Positions 1-11,794 of a stretch of DNA of 22,748 bases are shown one piece after another. Within the stretch, counting starts at the first letter, position 1. Each line of letters opens with the position of its first letter. Under the pieces are notes generated by a model. That model worked only from the letters and a program-made list of their open reading frames with translations, was not told the origin of the DNA and ran no database searches. The DNA lies in assembly GCA_039208735.1 (NCBI GenBank), contig JBCCQY010000152.1, positions 1 through 22,748 on the forward strand, written 5' to 3'. The stretch is from Myxococcota bacterium (GTDB lineage: Bacteria; Myxococcota_A; UBA796; GCA-2862545). Made by a program: the position numbers and the translations under genes.

Positions 1-1
1 A

Positions 2-274
2 GACGCTGTGGCCGTCGACGCCGTATTGCCGAGTGCGCCACGCTGGTGGATTCTCGAGGTCTACGACGAAAACGACGTGCTGCGGCTGCACGAACGAGTG
101 GCCGCCTCGGGGGTTGCGGGGGTGCTTCAGTGGGATGGCCGTGATGATGCGGGCATTGTGGTGGATGCAGGCTCCTACACCCTACAGATTGGGGCCGAAG
201 ACTGGGATGGCCAGCGCTCCGGAACTTGCGACCGGCTGGTCATCGTCGACCACGGGCCGCAGGACCCATCGTGA
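2..274 (+). CDS. 5'-truncated protein ending in a FlgD Ig-like domain
   Basis: Frame is open from the window edge. LQWDGRDDAGIVVDAGSYTLQI matches the WDGxDxxG..v..G.Y pattern of FlgD Ig-like domains. The stop overlaps the next start (GTGA, 271-274). Confidence 0.6.
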   Translation, partial: DAVAVDAVLPSAPRWWILEVYDENDVLRLHERVAASGVAGVLQWDGRDDAGIVVDAGSYTLQIGAEDWDGQRSGTCDRLVIVDHGPQDPS

Positions 275-972
275 GCAAGTCCTCCCGTGAGGATCCCACC
301 CGGGCGGCTGCCGCTCTCGCCCATGAACTTCGCCAGCCGCTGTTTGCTCTTCGGGGGCGACTTCAACTCCTTCATGGGGGCGAGGGTCCGGTGAACGATG
401 AGGTGTGGAGCGAGCTGCAAGTCCAGCTCGATCACATCGAGTCGCTACTCGATCACTATGGTCAGCCTCGTCAGGATCTTCCGGCGGCGCCATTCGATGT
501 GCGAGAGCCGGTCGGACACGTTCTGCGCATGTTGAAGTCCAAGGCGGATGCCGCGGGCGTTGTCATGTGCGTGGACGCGCCGCACGAACCTGTGTGGGTT
601 GAGGGAGAGGCCATTGCCGTACGGCAGATCGTCGCGAACTTGCTCCAGAACGCCATCGACGCGGTGTCGCCGGCGCGGGTGCGCGAGATCGTGGTGCGCG
701 TGATGCTGACGGACCATGAGGTGACGATCACGATCGAGGACTCGGGCGTGGGGGTGCCAGATGACCTGCGGCCCCACCTCTTCGAGCCGTTCGTGACCAC
801 GAAGCCCCCTGGCGAGGGCACAGGCCTGGGACTGTTCATCAGCCAACGACGGGTCGCGGAACTCGGCGGGCAGGTGACCATCGAGCCTGGTCCCACCGGG
901 GGGACCCGTGCGCGAGTCGTTCTGCCTCGCGTTACCGCCCCGACTGCCAGATCAAGTAGTTCTGCAGGGTAA
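271..972 (+). CDS. Histidine kinase (HisKA + HATPase_c) with no sensor domain
   Basis: H-box AHELRQPL, N-box NLLQNAIDA, G1 EDSGVG, F-box LFEPFVTTK, G2 GEGTGLGL. GTG at 271 chosen because it is coupled to the upstream stop. Confidence 0.9.
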   Translation: MSKSSREDPTRAAAALAHELRQPLFALRGRLQLLHGGEGPVNDEVWSELQVQLDHIESLLDHYGQPRQDLPAAPFDVREPVGHVLRMLKSKADAAGVVMCVDAPHEPVWVEGEAIAVRQIVANLLQNAIDAVSPARVREIVVRVMLTDHEVTITIEDSGVGVPDDLRPHLFEPFVTTKPPGEGTGLGLFISQRRVAELGGQVTIEPGPTGGTRARVVLPRVTAPTARSSSSAG

Positions 973-1612
973 AGTACCCCGCCAACAAGAGCAGGAAGGT
1001 GCGGCCGCTCGTCCAGGCCCAAGCAATGGCGAAAGCCCCGATCGTCAACCCCACCATGGCCGTGATCTGCCGTGCGCGTTGGCTGTCACGTAGGTTCAGC
1101 GTCAGCATGGCGAGCAGGGCGTTGCCACCGTCGAGCGGGCGCATGGGCAGTAGGTTGACGAGGCTCCAGACGATGTTCACGAACAAGATCTGGGACAGCA
1201 CGATGAGTTCGGGCGACAGGTACCAAGGTCCCGTCCACATGAGCTTGAACGGATCGTAGCCGAGGGCTTGGGTGGCGAAGATGGCGACCAAGCCCAAGAG
1301 AATGCCCGCGCCGGGGCCGGCGAGGCTGATGAGCAGTTGGCGTCGCGCATCGGAGCGGCCGGTCGTCACATGACCGCCGAGCCCATGTAGTTCGATGTCG
1401 CCGACCGGAACCTTGAGGTAGCGAGCGGTGGCTGCATGTCCGAGTTCGTGCCACACGATCGAAAGGAAAATCACGATGGGCCACGACACCAGCGCAATCA
1501 GTGGCAGCTGGGCCTGGAGGCCCATGAGGACGTACAAGCCCGCCAGGACCAGAAACGACATCTGCACATTGATGCGGAACCCGAAGGCGCGGAAAGACCA
1601 GGACTCAGTCAC
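932..1612 (-). CDS. Site-2 protease family (peptidase M50) intramembrane metalloprotease
   Basis: HELGH zinc motif, SLAGP and NLLPMRPLDGG (NxxPxxxLDG), with several hydrophobic segments. Confidence 0.92.
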   Translation of the reverse strand: MTESWSFRAFGFRINVQMSFLVLAGLYVLMGLQAQLPLIALVSWPIVIFLSIVWHELGHAATARYLKVPVGDIELHGLGGHVTTGRSDARRQLLISLAGPGAGILLGLVAIFATQALGYDPFKLMWTGPWYLSPELIVLSQILFVNIVWSLVNLLPMRPLDGGNALLAMLTLNLRDSQRARQITAMVGLTIGAFAIAWAWTSGRTFLLLLAGYFTLQNYLIWQSGR

Positions 1613-1680
1613 GAGAGGACTCCGTCAGCGGACGATACCGCCTTACTCGTCCCTTATCGACCGCGCAGCGCGACGACCCG

Positions 1681-2196
1681 TCATGTTCTGACGCCCACCC
1701 ATGCAAGGGGCCCCAGGGCCGCCTCGAGGCGGGTCACCATGGCCTCTGTGGGGCGCAGCGCTTCGGCGTCAATGGTTTGCACCGCGAGCCTGGCGAATCG
1801 AAACGGGGGCTTGCCGATGGTCTCGGCCAACGTGTGGGATTCACCACACGCAGGACAGAGGAAGCGGAACTGATCGGGACGTTCGGTGCGTCGAGCATCG
1901 GCCATGGCGGTGGCGAAGGCGGCGGTGATCGCCTGGTCAGGCATGACCGGGCAATGGACGCGGAAGCCCCCCTGTCGATTCGCATAGAGCGTGATCGGTT
2001 CGGGGAGGTCGAGCCGAAGGCCGGCGAAGCCTTGGGGCATCCAGCGTGCGGCCTGGGGCCCCGGCCGACCACGAGGATTGATCACCCCCTCGTCCACGAG
2101 GTCGGCCATCAGTTGTCGAATGGCTTCGATCGGTCCGGCATTGGTGTCGGCTGGCACCGCCAGGATGTCCAGACGGTGAGATGGGCGGGGACTCAT
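1681..2196 (-). CDS. Hypothetical protein with possible zinc-binding motif
   Basis: ATG at 2196 overlaps the ABC1 kinase stop (ATGA). 171 aa, containing FRVHCP and FLCPACGESH. Confidence 0.7.
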   Translation of the reverse strand: MSPRPSHRLDILAVPADTNAGPIEAIRQLMADLVDEGVINPRGRPGPQAARWMPQGFAGLRLDLPEPITLYANRQGGFRVHCPVMPDQAITAAFATAMADARRTERPDQFRFLCPACGESHTLAETIGKPPFRFARLAVQTIDAEALRPTEAMVTRLEAALGPLAWVGVRT

Positions 2197-3539
2197 CGGG
2201 CTGCTGACTCGAGGTGAGGCCGCATGCGCACGGGCCAATCTTCGGTGACTTCGAGTTCGCGCATCATCGTGTAGAGCCCACCGAGCGTGCGATGCAAGAA
2301 CAGCAGGTGGCGTGGGCCGCGGATCTCTGCGAATTGCCACATGCGCTCGGTCACCGGGCGAACGCGTTCGAGCATCCGGTCCTCATGACCAATCGTGTAG
2401 GGACCGTCCCGCAGTGGGGCCATCACCGCATCACAGAAGTCGACGATCACGTCTGCGGCCTCGGGCGAGTCGCCCGTCCAGGCGCCAAGTTCCCGGGTCG
2501 CATCGAGAATACCGGTGCGATCGCCATCGACCGCGGCAAGCACCAATCGGGCGTAGATTCCGATCCATGCTTCGTCGAAGTGCTTCACGCAGCCGAAGTC
2601 CAGCAGCCCCACGCGGCCATCGGGGGCGAACAGGAAGTTGCCGGGATGCGGGTCGGCGTGAAGCACCCGATGGCGGAAGGCCGATTCGAAGAACAGATCG
2701 GCCAGGTTGCGGCCTGCCGCATGCCGGGCCTCGGACGACGCTTCAGCCACGAAGTCCCCGATAGGCTTGCCAAGGACCCGCCCCATCGTAAGAACTCGGG
2801 CCGTGGAAAGGTCTCGGTGGACGCTGGGAATGTCGAACCGAGGATCGTCGGCGAACCGTTGGCCGAACATCTCGAGGTTGTCTGCCTCAAGGGCGTAGTC
2901 CAGCTCTTCGCGCAGATGTTCGGCAAGCTCGTCGAAGAGATCCTGGGTCTCGTCCCGACCCCGCCCTACGAGCCGTCCCGCCCCCATGATGGCCTTCATA
3001 GCGAGCAGGTCGGCCTCTACGGATTCGTCAATGCCGTGGTGCAACACCTTGACCACGACCGCGGTGCCGTCCTGCAGCGTCGCGGCGTGCGCTTGGGCGA
3101 GGCTGGCGGTTCCGAGTGGGGTCTCCTCGATGGTCGCGAACGCATCGAGCGAGCTGCCCAGTTCGGCCTCGAGCGCGTCTTGGATGACGTCCCAAGGGAC
3201 CGGCTCGGCCTGCGAATGCAGCTTTGCGAGCTGCTCTTGCACCTCATCGGGCAGGTCGAGGTTCGACGCCAGGAGCGCAGCTTGCTGACCAAGCTTCATC
3301 GCCGCGCCCTTGAGCTTGGACAGGCCCGAGACGAGTTTCTCGGCGCGGCGTTGTTGGGCGCGTTTGGCGGCACGGAGGCGTTCGACAGGCGACCGTAGGG
3401 CATTGGCCACGGATTCGGCGACCGCATCCCCCGCCAGCTTGCTGGTGAGTTCTCCGAGCTTCGCCCATCTCGACACCGGCATGCGACTCCTCCCGATCGG
3501 TCCGTATGGCTGGACGGCACCTGCCGCCATGGGGGTCAC
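2193..3539 (-). CDS. ABC1/AarF/UbiB-family atypical protein kinase
   Basis: KGAAMKLGQ (KxGQ), ASLAQAH, VVVKV, EELDY, HADPHPGN and LLDFG motifs. Start overlaps the upstream stop. Confidence 0.93.
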   Translation of the reverse strand: MTPMAAGAVQPYGPIGRSRMPVSRWAKLGELTSKLAGDAVAESVANALRSPVERLRAAKRAQQRRAEKLVSGLSKLKGAAMKLGQQAALLASNLDLPDEVQEQLAKLHSQAEPVPWDVIQDALEAELGSSLDAFATIEETPLGTASLAQAHAATLQDGTAVVVKVLHHGIDESVEADLLAMKAIMGAGRLVGRGRDETQDLFDELAEHLREELDYALEADNLEMFGQRFADDPRFDIPSVHRDLSTARVLTMGRVLGKPIGDFVAEASSEARHAAGRNLADLFFESAFRHRVLHADPHPGNFLFAPDGRVGLLDFGCVKHFDEAWIGIYARLVLAAVDGDRTGILDATRELGAWTGDSPEAADVIVDFCDAVMAPLRDGPYTIGHEDRMLERVRPVTERMWQFAEIRGPRHLLFLHRTLGGLYTMMRELEVTEDWPVRMRPHLESAAR

Positions 3540-4357
3540 CGCAGCCGAAGGTCGCGCTGCTGCGCCGCCTCGTCCACGAGGGCCTGAACTTCGTTACGGA
3601 CGTGGAGCTCTTCGCCGCGAGCCGGGACCGGGCGTGGGGCTCCAATGCGAACCGAGACGTAGGTCTTCGGGTTGGCTGCGTTGCGCATCAGGTGGCGACC
3701 GAAGGGTTCATCGACGAACTCGCACCCGGCGTCGTACGCGAGCCCCATGGGCAGCACCCGCACGGCATCGAGGCCTCGGGCGGCCGCAAAGGCTCCGCCC
3801 TGAAACGGCCGGACGTCATCTCCCGCGAAGGTGTTGCCCTCGGGAAACACGATCACGTTGTGGCCGTCGCGCAAGTGACGCCGCATCGAACGCACGGCAT
3901 TGGCCCCGCTGACACGGTCTTCCTGATCCACGAAGATCGTGTCGTTGACGCGCGCGGCATTCCCCACCACCGGGATGCTCGCGACCCCGTTGTGGGCGAG
4001 TACCACTCCACCCACCAGGTGCAGGCCCAACAGGATGTCGATGGGCGATCGGTGGTTGCTCACCACGAGGTACGGTCCGCCATCGGGCACCTCGCCCTGC
4101 ACTTCGAGATCGACCCCAAGGAGCGGAACCACGCCCTTCGCCCACCGCGCAACCGCACGTTGACGTCCCTCCCAGGTGCGGCTCTGAGCGTGTAGGCGAC
4201 TCCACGCTCGGTAGGCCGCCACCGAAAGTGACGTCCATGTGCCAAAGGATGCAGCCCGAAACACGGCTCGGCCCATGCGAAGCGGTCCCATCGGTGCGGA
4301 AGTAACCTCGCGCGCCCAGACAGACTCCTCCTCGTGAAATGACCAGCTCTCGATCAT
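3536..4357 (-). CDS. Lysophospholipid acyltransferase (PlsC-like)
   Basis: NHRSPID (HX4D), TIFVD and VFPEG acyltransferase blocks. The true start may be a downstream Met. Confidence 0.9.
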   Translation of the reverse strand: MIESWSFHEEESVWAREVTSAPMGPLRMGRAVFRAASFGTWTSLSVAAYRAWSRLHAQSRTWEGRQRAVARWAKGVVPLLGVDLEVQGEVPDGGPYLVVSNHRSPIDILLGLHLVGGVVLAHNGVASIPVVGNAARVNDTIFVDQEDRVSGANAVRSMRRHLRDGHNVIVFPEGNTFAGDDVRPFQGGAFAAARGLDAVRVLPMGLAYDAGCEFVDEPFGRHLMRNAANPKTYVSVRIGAPRPVPARGEELHVRNEVQALVDEAAQQRDLRLR

Positions 4358-4386
4358 TGCAAGGGTTGGGAGCTTGCTTTAAGGTT

Positions 4387-4402
4387 GGGCACTGCTAATG
4401 CC
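4387..4402 (+). promoter_or_regulatory. Candidate sigma-54 (-24/-12) promoter
   Basis: GGGCACTGCTAATGCC has GG (4388-89) and GC (4400-01) separated by 10 nt, about 50 nt before the lipoprotein start. It deviates from the TGGCAC-N5-TTGC consensus. Confidence 0.3.
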
Positions 4403-4453
4403 ACGCTTTGCGCCTCGCAATCAGGTAGACTCCCGGAATTCCTGGAGGAATCA

Positions 4454-5299
4454 ATGCGAGTGTTTTTGCCCTTCCTGATGCTGGCCACCACGGCGTGCAC
4501 TGGAGACGACGACAAGGACGAATCGGGCATGGTTGAAGAGACGGGGCCCGCTGAGGAAACCGGTCAAAAGAAGCAGCCTGTGACCTACAGCATCCAAGCC
4601 TCGGTGCTTGACGCGGTCACCCAAATGCCGGTGGCCGAAGGCCTCTGCGCAGGCCTGCTCGATCCCACCCCGGTGATCTCGGGCGATGACGCGGTCACGC
4701 TGGGCACCGGCACGACCGACGCAAACGGCCAGGTCACCTTCGCTGACATCACCGCCAAGCCGACCCTCGGCCTGCTGGTTCAGGTGGACGACTGCCCGGA
4801 TAGCACCAAGGATCTCGTCGGCATCCCCACCAACACCGGTGTCCTTCCCGCATCCTATGCGGATGCCAAGGACGGAGAGACCGTTCAAATCCCCACCTTC
4901 GCGATCGACGTGGCGACGATCGGTGGCTTCGCGGCCAGCGCGCCCGCGGCCGGCTACAAGGGCGACCTGACCATGGGTGGCTTCCTGTTCGGCTTCGTGC
5001 TCGACGGCAACAACGCGCCCATTGGTGGTGCGACCGTGTCGACCGAGACGGGTTCGCCCACGTACCTCTACGTTGACGCGGATGCGAAGGACGGCGGCTT
5101 GTTTGCCTCGATCAAGGGCAAGGCTCCTGTCGCGAACACCGCGACCGATCCCCTGACCGGTGGGTTCCTCGTCGCTGACGCGGACATCGGTCAGTACGCC
5201 GCGTCCGCGGATGGCTTCACCTTCGAGCCCACGCTCATCGGTGGCTTCCCCGGTCAGGCAGTGGTGATCGCGTTCATCGGAACGCCTGCGTCGATGTGA
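4454..5299 (+). CDS. Lipoprotein, probably beta-sandwich / carboxypeptidase-regulatory-like domains
   Basis: GGAGG RBS before ATG 4454. Signal MRVFLPFLMLATTA-C, then an acidic linker. GFVLDGNNAPIGGATV resembles CarboxypepD_reg-like starts. Confidence 0.75.
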   Translation: MRVFLPFLMLATTACTGDDDKDESGMVEETGPAEETGQKKQPVTYSIQASVLDAVTQMPVAEGLCAGLLDPTPVISGDDAVTLGTGTTDANGQVTFADITAKPTLGLLVQVDDCPDSTKDLVGIPTNTGVLPASYADAKDGETVQIPTFAIDVATIGGFAASAPAAGYKGDLTMGGFLFGFVLDGNNAPIGGATVSTETGSPTYLYVDADAKDGGLFASIKGKAPVANTATDPLTGGFLVADADIGQYAASADGFTFEPTLIGGFPGQAVVIAFIGTPASM

Positions 5300-5306
5300 G
5301 TCCATC

Positions 5307-5330
5307 GGCTCCGACCCCAGGGTCGGAGCC
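5307..5330 (+). terminator. Hairpin after the lipoprotein gene (terminator or mRNA stabiliser)
   Basis: GGCTCCGACC-ccag-GGTCGGAGCC, a perfect 10-bp stem 7 nt after the stop. No U-tract. Confidence 0.55.
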
Positions 5331-5368
5331 CCATTCGAGCCGCGTGACGAAATCCGCGAAGGAAACTG

Positions 5369-6469
5369 TTGTGTTGCACGAATGAGAAGGTACGGTGTCG
5401 GTCAGGAGGTGCGCGCCTGGTTCACCGCCCGGCCACCCTGGCCCAATGGCCACGGCGACCACGTCGGTCGCCATGGCGCTGGGTCGTCTTCGTTGCCTTA
5501 GCCCTCGTCGGAAACGTCGTGGCGGCAGGCGCGGTCTATGCTCTCGCCCTGCTCTACCCGAAGTCCGATCGGACGACATCGCTTCGTCGTCCCGTGCAGT
5601 TGATGATCGTCGAGCCGCCCGAAGAGACTGAAAAAGAGCCGCCGAAGCCCCCCGAGCCCGAGTTTCGTGGGCAGATCGTGGAGCTGGCCCCTCCCGAGGA
5701 AGAGGAAGTTCCCCTCGAAGCCGACTACCTGGCCGCTGCGGATCAGCGGGTCGAGGAGGAGACTCGCACCGAACGGGTCACCGTGAATCCCGAGGTGTTG
5801 GCTCCGCAGTTCAGCGAAGAGCAGCGAGCCGAGAGCGAAGACGTGGTGGATCTCAACGTGACCAAGCGGTCGACGGGAGCCACTGTAGGGAATCGACGCT
5901 TTGATCCTACGGTGGATGGTTCGCTCGCTTCGATGCCTTCGCCGTGGCAGCGGACCAATCGGCCTGGGCCTGCCGACCCCATTCCGGCCGCGGCGCTCGA
6001 GGCGCGACTGTCGGGAGCCCCCCAGAACGACAAGCTCGATGAGAAGATCGGGGATCGAGTGGCGCTCAATGCCCGTCGGTACCCGTATGAAGCTTACATG
6101 CGGCGGATTCGTCGGCAGGTGAACTTCTGGTGGGAGCAGCGGCTCAACAACCTTCCGTCGGGGCTTCGCCTGTCCAAGCTCACCTACATCACGGGGGTCG
6201 AAGTCATCCTCGATGACAAAGGGAACCTCAAGAGCATTCGGGTGATCGAGGAGAGTGGTTCGATGCCCATCGATCAGGCCGTAGTGACGGCCTTCGAACA
6301 AGCGCAACCTTTCGACAATCCCCCATCGGGGCTCATCGACGACGAGGGTGAAGTCCACCTGCCGGTTTTTCGATTCGAGCCTACGTTCGGCGTGGGTGAG
6401 GCCCGATACGAAGGCATTGACCCCCGTGCGGGCGTGCAATTTCCGGGCATCCTGAAGTCGCCGCGTTAG
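5369..6469 (+). CDS. TonB/TolA C-terminal-domain protein
   Basis: One N-terminal TM segment, a Pro/Glu-rich spacer (EPPEETEKEPPKPPEPE), and C-terminal YMRRIRRQV..W / ESGSMPIDQAVVTAFEQAQPFDNPP typical of TonB_C/TonB_2. Start is uncertain (TTG 5369 or CTG 5417). Confidence 0.8.
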   Translation: MCCTNEKVRCRSGGARLVHRPATLAQWPRRPRRSPWRWVVFVALALVGNVVAAGAVYALALLYPKSDRTTSLRRPVQLMIVEPPEETEKEPPKPPEPEFRGQIVELAPPEEEEVPLEADYLAAADQRVEEETRTERVTVNPEVLAPQFSEEQRAESEDVVDLNVTKRSTGATVGNRRFDPTVDGSLASMPSPWQRTNRPGPADPIPAAALEARLSGAPQNDKLDEKIGDRVALNARRYPYEAYMRRIRRQVNFWWEQRLNNLPSGLRLSKLTYITGVEVILDDKGNLKSIRVIEESGSMPIDQAVVTAFEQAQPFDNPPSGLIDDEGEVHLPVFRFEPTFGVGEARYEGIDPRAGVQFPGILKSPR

Positions 6470-6505
6470 ACCCGCGCGGGCGAAGGCCCAGTGGAGACCC
6501 CAATC

Positions 6506-6928
6506 ATGGCGTCCATCCGGCAGCAGATCAACATCGCAGCGCCCTCGCGAACCGTATGGAACATGCTGACGAGCGCAGAGGGCTGGAAGCAGTGGTGGGC
6601 TGAAGAAGCCCGGCTTGAGGCCCGAAACGGCGGCCGCATCGTGCTCACCATCGAGGGCGACGACGGAGAGCCTGTCGAAGAGCGCGGCGTGTTCCACGAG
6701 GTCCGGCCCACCCGGAAGCTCGAGATTGCATGGGACGCGAACAGCCCCGCCAAGACCAAAGGCACGCGGCTGTCGTTCAGCGTGGCCCGCGATGGAGATG
6801 AAACGCGGGTCTCCCTGATCCACTCAGGCGGTGGCATCCTCGACGATGAAGAGGCGCGTTCCGAAATGGAAAAGGAATGGAAGAGCGGACTGAAGGCGCT
6901 TCGAACCAGCCTTGAGGGCCCATCCTAG
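6506..6928 (+). CDS. SRPBCC / AHSA1-like domain protein
   Basis: IAAPSRTVWNMLT..EGWKQWW, EVRPTRKLEIAW, TRVSLIHSG and a C-terminal helix WKSGLKAL. GGAG precedes ATG 6506. Confidence 0.88.
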   Translation: MASIRQQINIAAPSRTVWNMLTSAEGWKQWWAEEARLEARNGGRIVLTIEGDDGEPVEERGVFHEVRPTRKLEIAWDANSPAKTKGTRLSFSVARDGDETRVSLIHSGGGILDDEEARSEMEKEWKSGLKALRTSLEGPS

Positions 6929-7053
6929 GCGTTCCAAAGGCGCAAATTCCCCTAGACTGAACGCCTGACGTCAGGTAAAGTGCGGGTTCTGGAGCCGATA
7001 TGGTTTCTCGACCCAAGCCTCCCTTGCTTCGTCATCCAATATGCGCTCGATCC

Positions 7054-7446
7054 ATGAAGGAGTTGAAGTCCTTCGGGTCGTTCCGTGAGGTTCGGGGGTT
7101 GATCCAAGAACGGCTCGGGGAGCAGCTTCGGATTCGAGCCCGTGGATGGAAGGATCTTCTGAGACTCCTTTTCGACCTCCGATCGGGCCTTCAGCTTGAT
7201 GGTGAGTTCTACGTCTCGCGAGAGGCTGAGGTCATCCATGCGCTGTTGCACCTGAACGGTGAACTCAAAGAGCGCGCACTTGGCCTTTCGCTTCGCCACT
7301 TCTCCAACGTGAAGCTGGCTCGCGAGTGGCGCGATGAGATGGCCCTGTTGGTTCATCCCGACCGTTGTCATCGTCCAGACGCCGCGAAGGCCATGGCTGC
7401 CGTTCAGCGGATCTACAACCGGATGATTCGGCGCCCGAACAAGTGA
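7054..7446 (+). CDS. Small protein with a C-terminal J-domain-like (HPD) segment
   Basis: ALGLS..LAREWRDEMALLVHPDRC...AAKAMAAVQRIYNRM aligns by eye with J-domain helix II-HPD-helix III. Start is 7054 or 7000. Confidence 0.6.
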   Translation: MKELKSFGSFREVRGLIQERLGEQLRIRARGWKDLLRLLFDLRSGLQLDGEFYVSREAEVIHALLHLNGELKERALGLSLRHFSNVKLAREWRDEMALLVHPDRCHRPDAAKAMAAVQRIYNRMIRRPNK

Positions 7447-7530
7447 AGCGGCACTCGCCTTTCCTCGAAGCGAGAGCCCGAGCGGAGCAGACCTAACCGT
7501 CAAGGTTAGTCCATCCGGCGGAGGAACTTC

Positions 7531-10175
<2,645 letters not shown>

Positions 10176-10176
<1 letters not shown>

Positions 10177-11030
10177 TGCTTCGGTATCCCCGGGACCGGG
10201 CCTTCATCGCTCGGGCCATCGATGAGGATCTCGGTCACGGCGACCTGACGACGGACGCCACGATCGACCCTGGATCGACGGGCACCGGTGATCTTCTCGC
10301 GAAGTCGGATTTGGTGGTGTCGGGACTGCCGATCGTCCAGGACGTCTTCGACGAAGTGGGCCGACGACTGGATGCGTCCGTTCGAGTCACCCCAAGCCAT
10401 GCGGAGGGCGCAGCCGTCACCGCGGGCACGATCATCGGTGAGGTCACTGGCGATCTGCGAACGATCGTGATCGGCGAACGGGTCGCCCTCAACCTGCTGA
10501 TGAAGTTGTGTGGCATTGCCACGAACACGCGCCGCTTCGTGGAAGCCGCCGGGAACGCAGGCCTCACCGTAGTCGACACCCGTAAGACGACGCCCGGCCT
10601 TCGGGCGCTCGAGAAGTACGCCGTGCGGTGCGGGGGAGCCAAGAACCATCGGCATGCCCTGTTCGACGGGGTGATGGTCAAGGACAACCACATCACCGCG
10701 GTGGGCTCGCTCACCGAAGCAGTTCGTCGGGCTCGCGCCGCAGTCCACCACCTCGTGCGGATTGAGGTCGAAGTGGCCTCGCTTGCCGAACTCGATGAAG
10801 CGTTGGACACGGACGCGGATGTCATCCTGCTCGACAACATGGACAACGACACGCTGGCTAAGGCGGTCCAGAAGGCTCGTGCGGCTCGCACCGTACTCCT
10901 CGAAGCGTCGGGGAACATGACGCCCGAGCGCATCGCGAGCTTGCGGGACCATGGCCTGGACTTTGTTTCGGCAGGAGGCTTGATTCATCAGGCCACATGG
11001 GCCGATCTGTCGCTCAAGTTGCGGCGATGA
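10176..11030 (+). CDS. nadC: Quinolinate phosphoribosyltransferase (nicotinate-nucleotide pyrophosphorylase)
   Basis: ERVALN, DTRKTTPGLR, NHR, VKDNH, IEVEV, ILLDNM and EASG motifs. TGATG coupling to valS. Confidence 0.98.
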
Positions 11031-11794
11031 ACACCCCGCTCGATCGTGCGCGGCTCGAAACGAGCGGAGAGGTCGAGTTGCACGACGTCCTGGTTTCGAC
11101 GCAGGCACGCGCCAAGGAGGCGGCGCGGTCGGGCGCCCCCCATGGGTTTGCCGTCTTCGCCGAGCGGCAGGAGCAAGGCCGGGGTCGCTTGGGTCGAGTC
11201 TGGGAAGCGCCGTCTGGGGCCGCCGTGTTGGTCACGATGGTTCTGCGGCCAACGATGGCCGCCTCCCAAGCCCCGTTGCTCTGTCTCGCAGCGGCCGTCG
11301 CAACCGTCGAAGCCATTGAAGCGACCCGCGAGGTGGGCATCGCGCCCTACGGCATCAAGTGGCCCAACGACGTCCTCGCGCCGGATGCACGCAAGGTGGC
11401 CGGCATCTTGGCCGAGGCGGACCCTCGCCGCGACGGCACGCTGGCCTATGCGTTGATGGGGGTGGGCATCAACGTACACGCCGCCCCGCCGCTGGATTCG
11501 GCGACCTGCCTCGATGATGTCGAAGGCGCGCGGCGGGATCGGACGGGGTTAGCCGTTGCGCTGATGTCGTCCATGCGGGCATGGGCGGACCGGTTGGCCG
11601 CTGCGCCCCAGACGGTCCTCGACCGGTGGCGACGGGATCAGATCACGCTTGGGCGTCGGGTCCGCATCGGTTCGGTGGCGGGCACCGCGGTAGACATCGA
11701 ACCTAGTGGCGCGCTGCTGGTGCGCGACGTGGGTGGCACGTTGCATCGCATCACCACCGGAGATGTCGAGATGGTGGGTCGAATCAGTTCTTAG
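11027..11794 (+). CDS. birA: Biotin--protein ligase, monofunctional (no N-terminal HTH)
   Basis: QEQGRGRLGRVW, IKWPND, KVAGIL, GVGIN and a C-terminal SH3-like segment. ATGA coupling to nadC. Confidence 0.95.
   Translation: MNTPLDRARLETSGEVELHDVLVSTQARAKEAARSGAPHGFAVFAERQEQGRGRLGRVWEAPSGAAVLVTMVLRPTMAASQAPLLCLAAAVATVEAIEATREVGIAPYGIKWPNDVLAPDARKVAGILAEADPRRDGTLAYALMGVGINVHAAPPLDSATCLDDVEGARRDRTGLAVALMSSMRAWADRLAAAPQTVLDRWRRDQITLGRRVRIGSVAGTAVDIEPSGALLVRDVGGTLHRITTGDVEMVGRISS

Noticed and set aside
7447..7530. T-box or other leader RNA before valS
   Set aside because: Only 84 bp, with no T-box or terminator motif.
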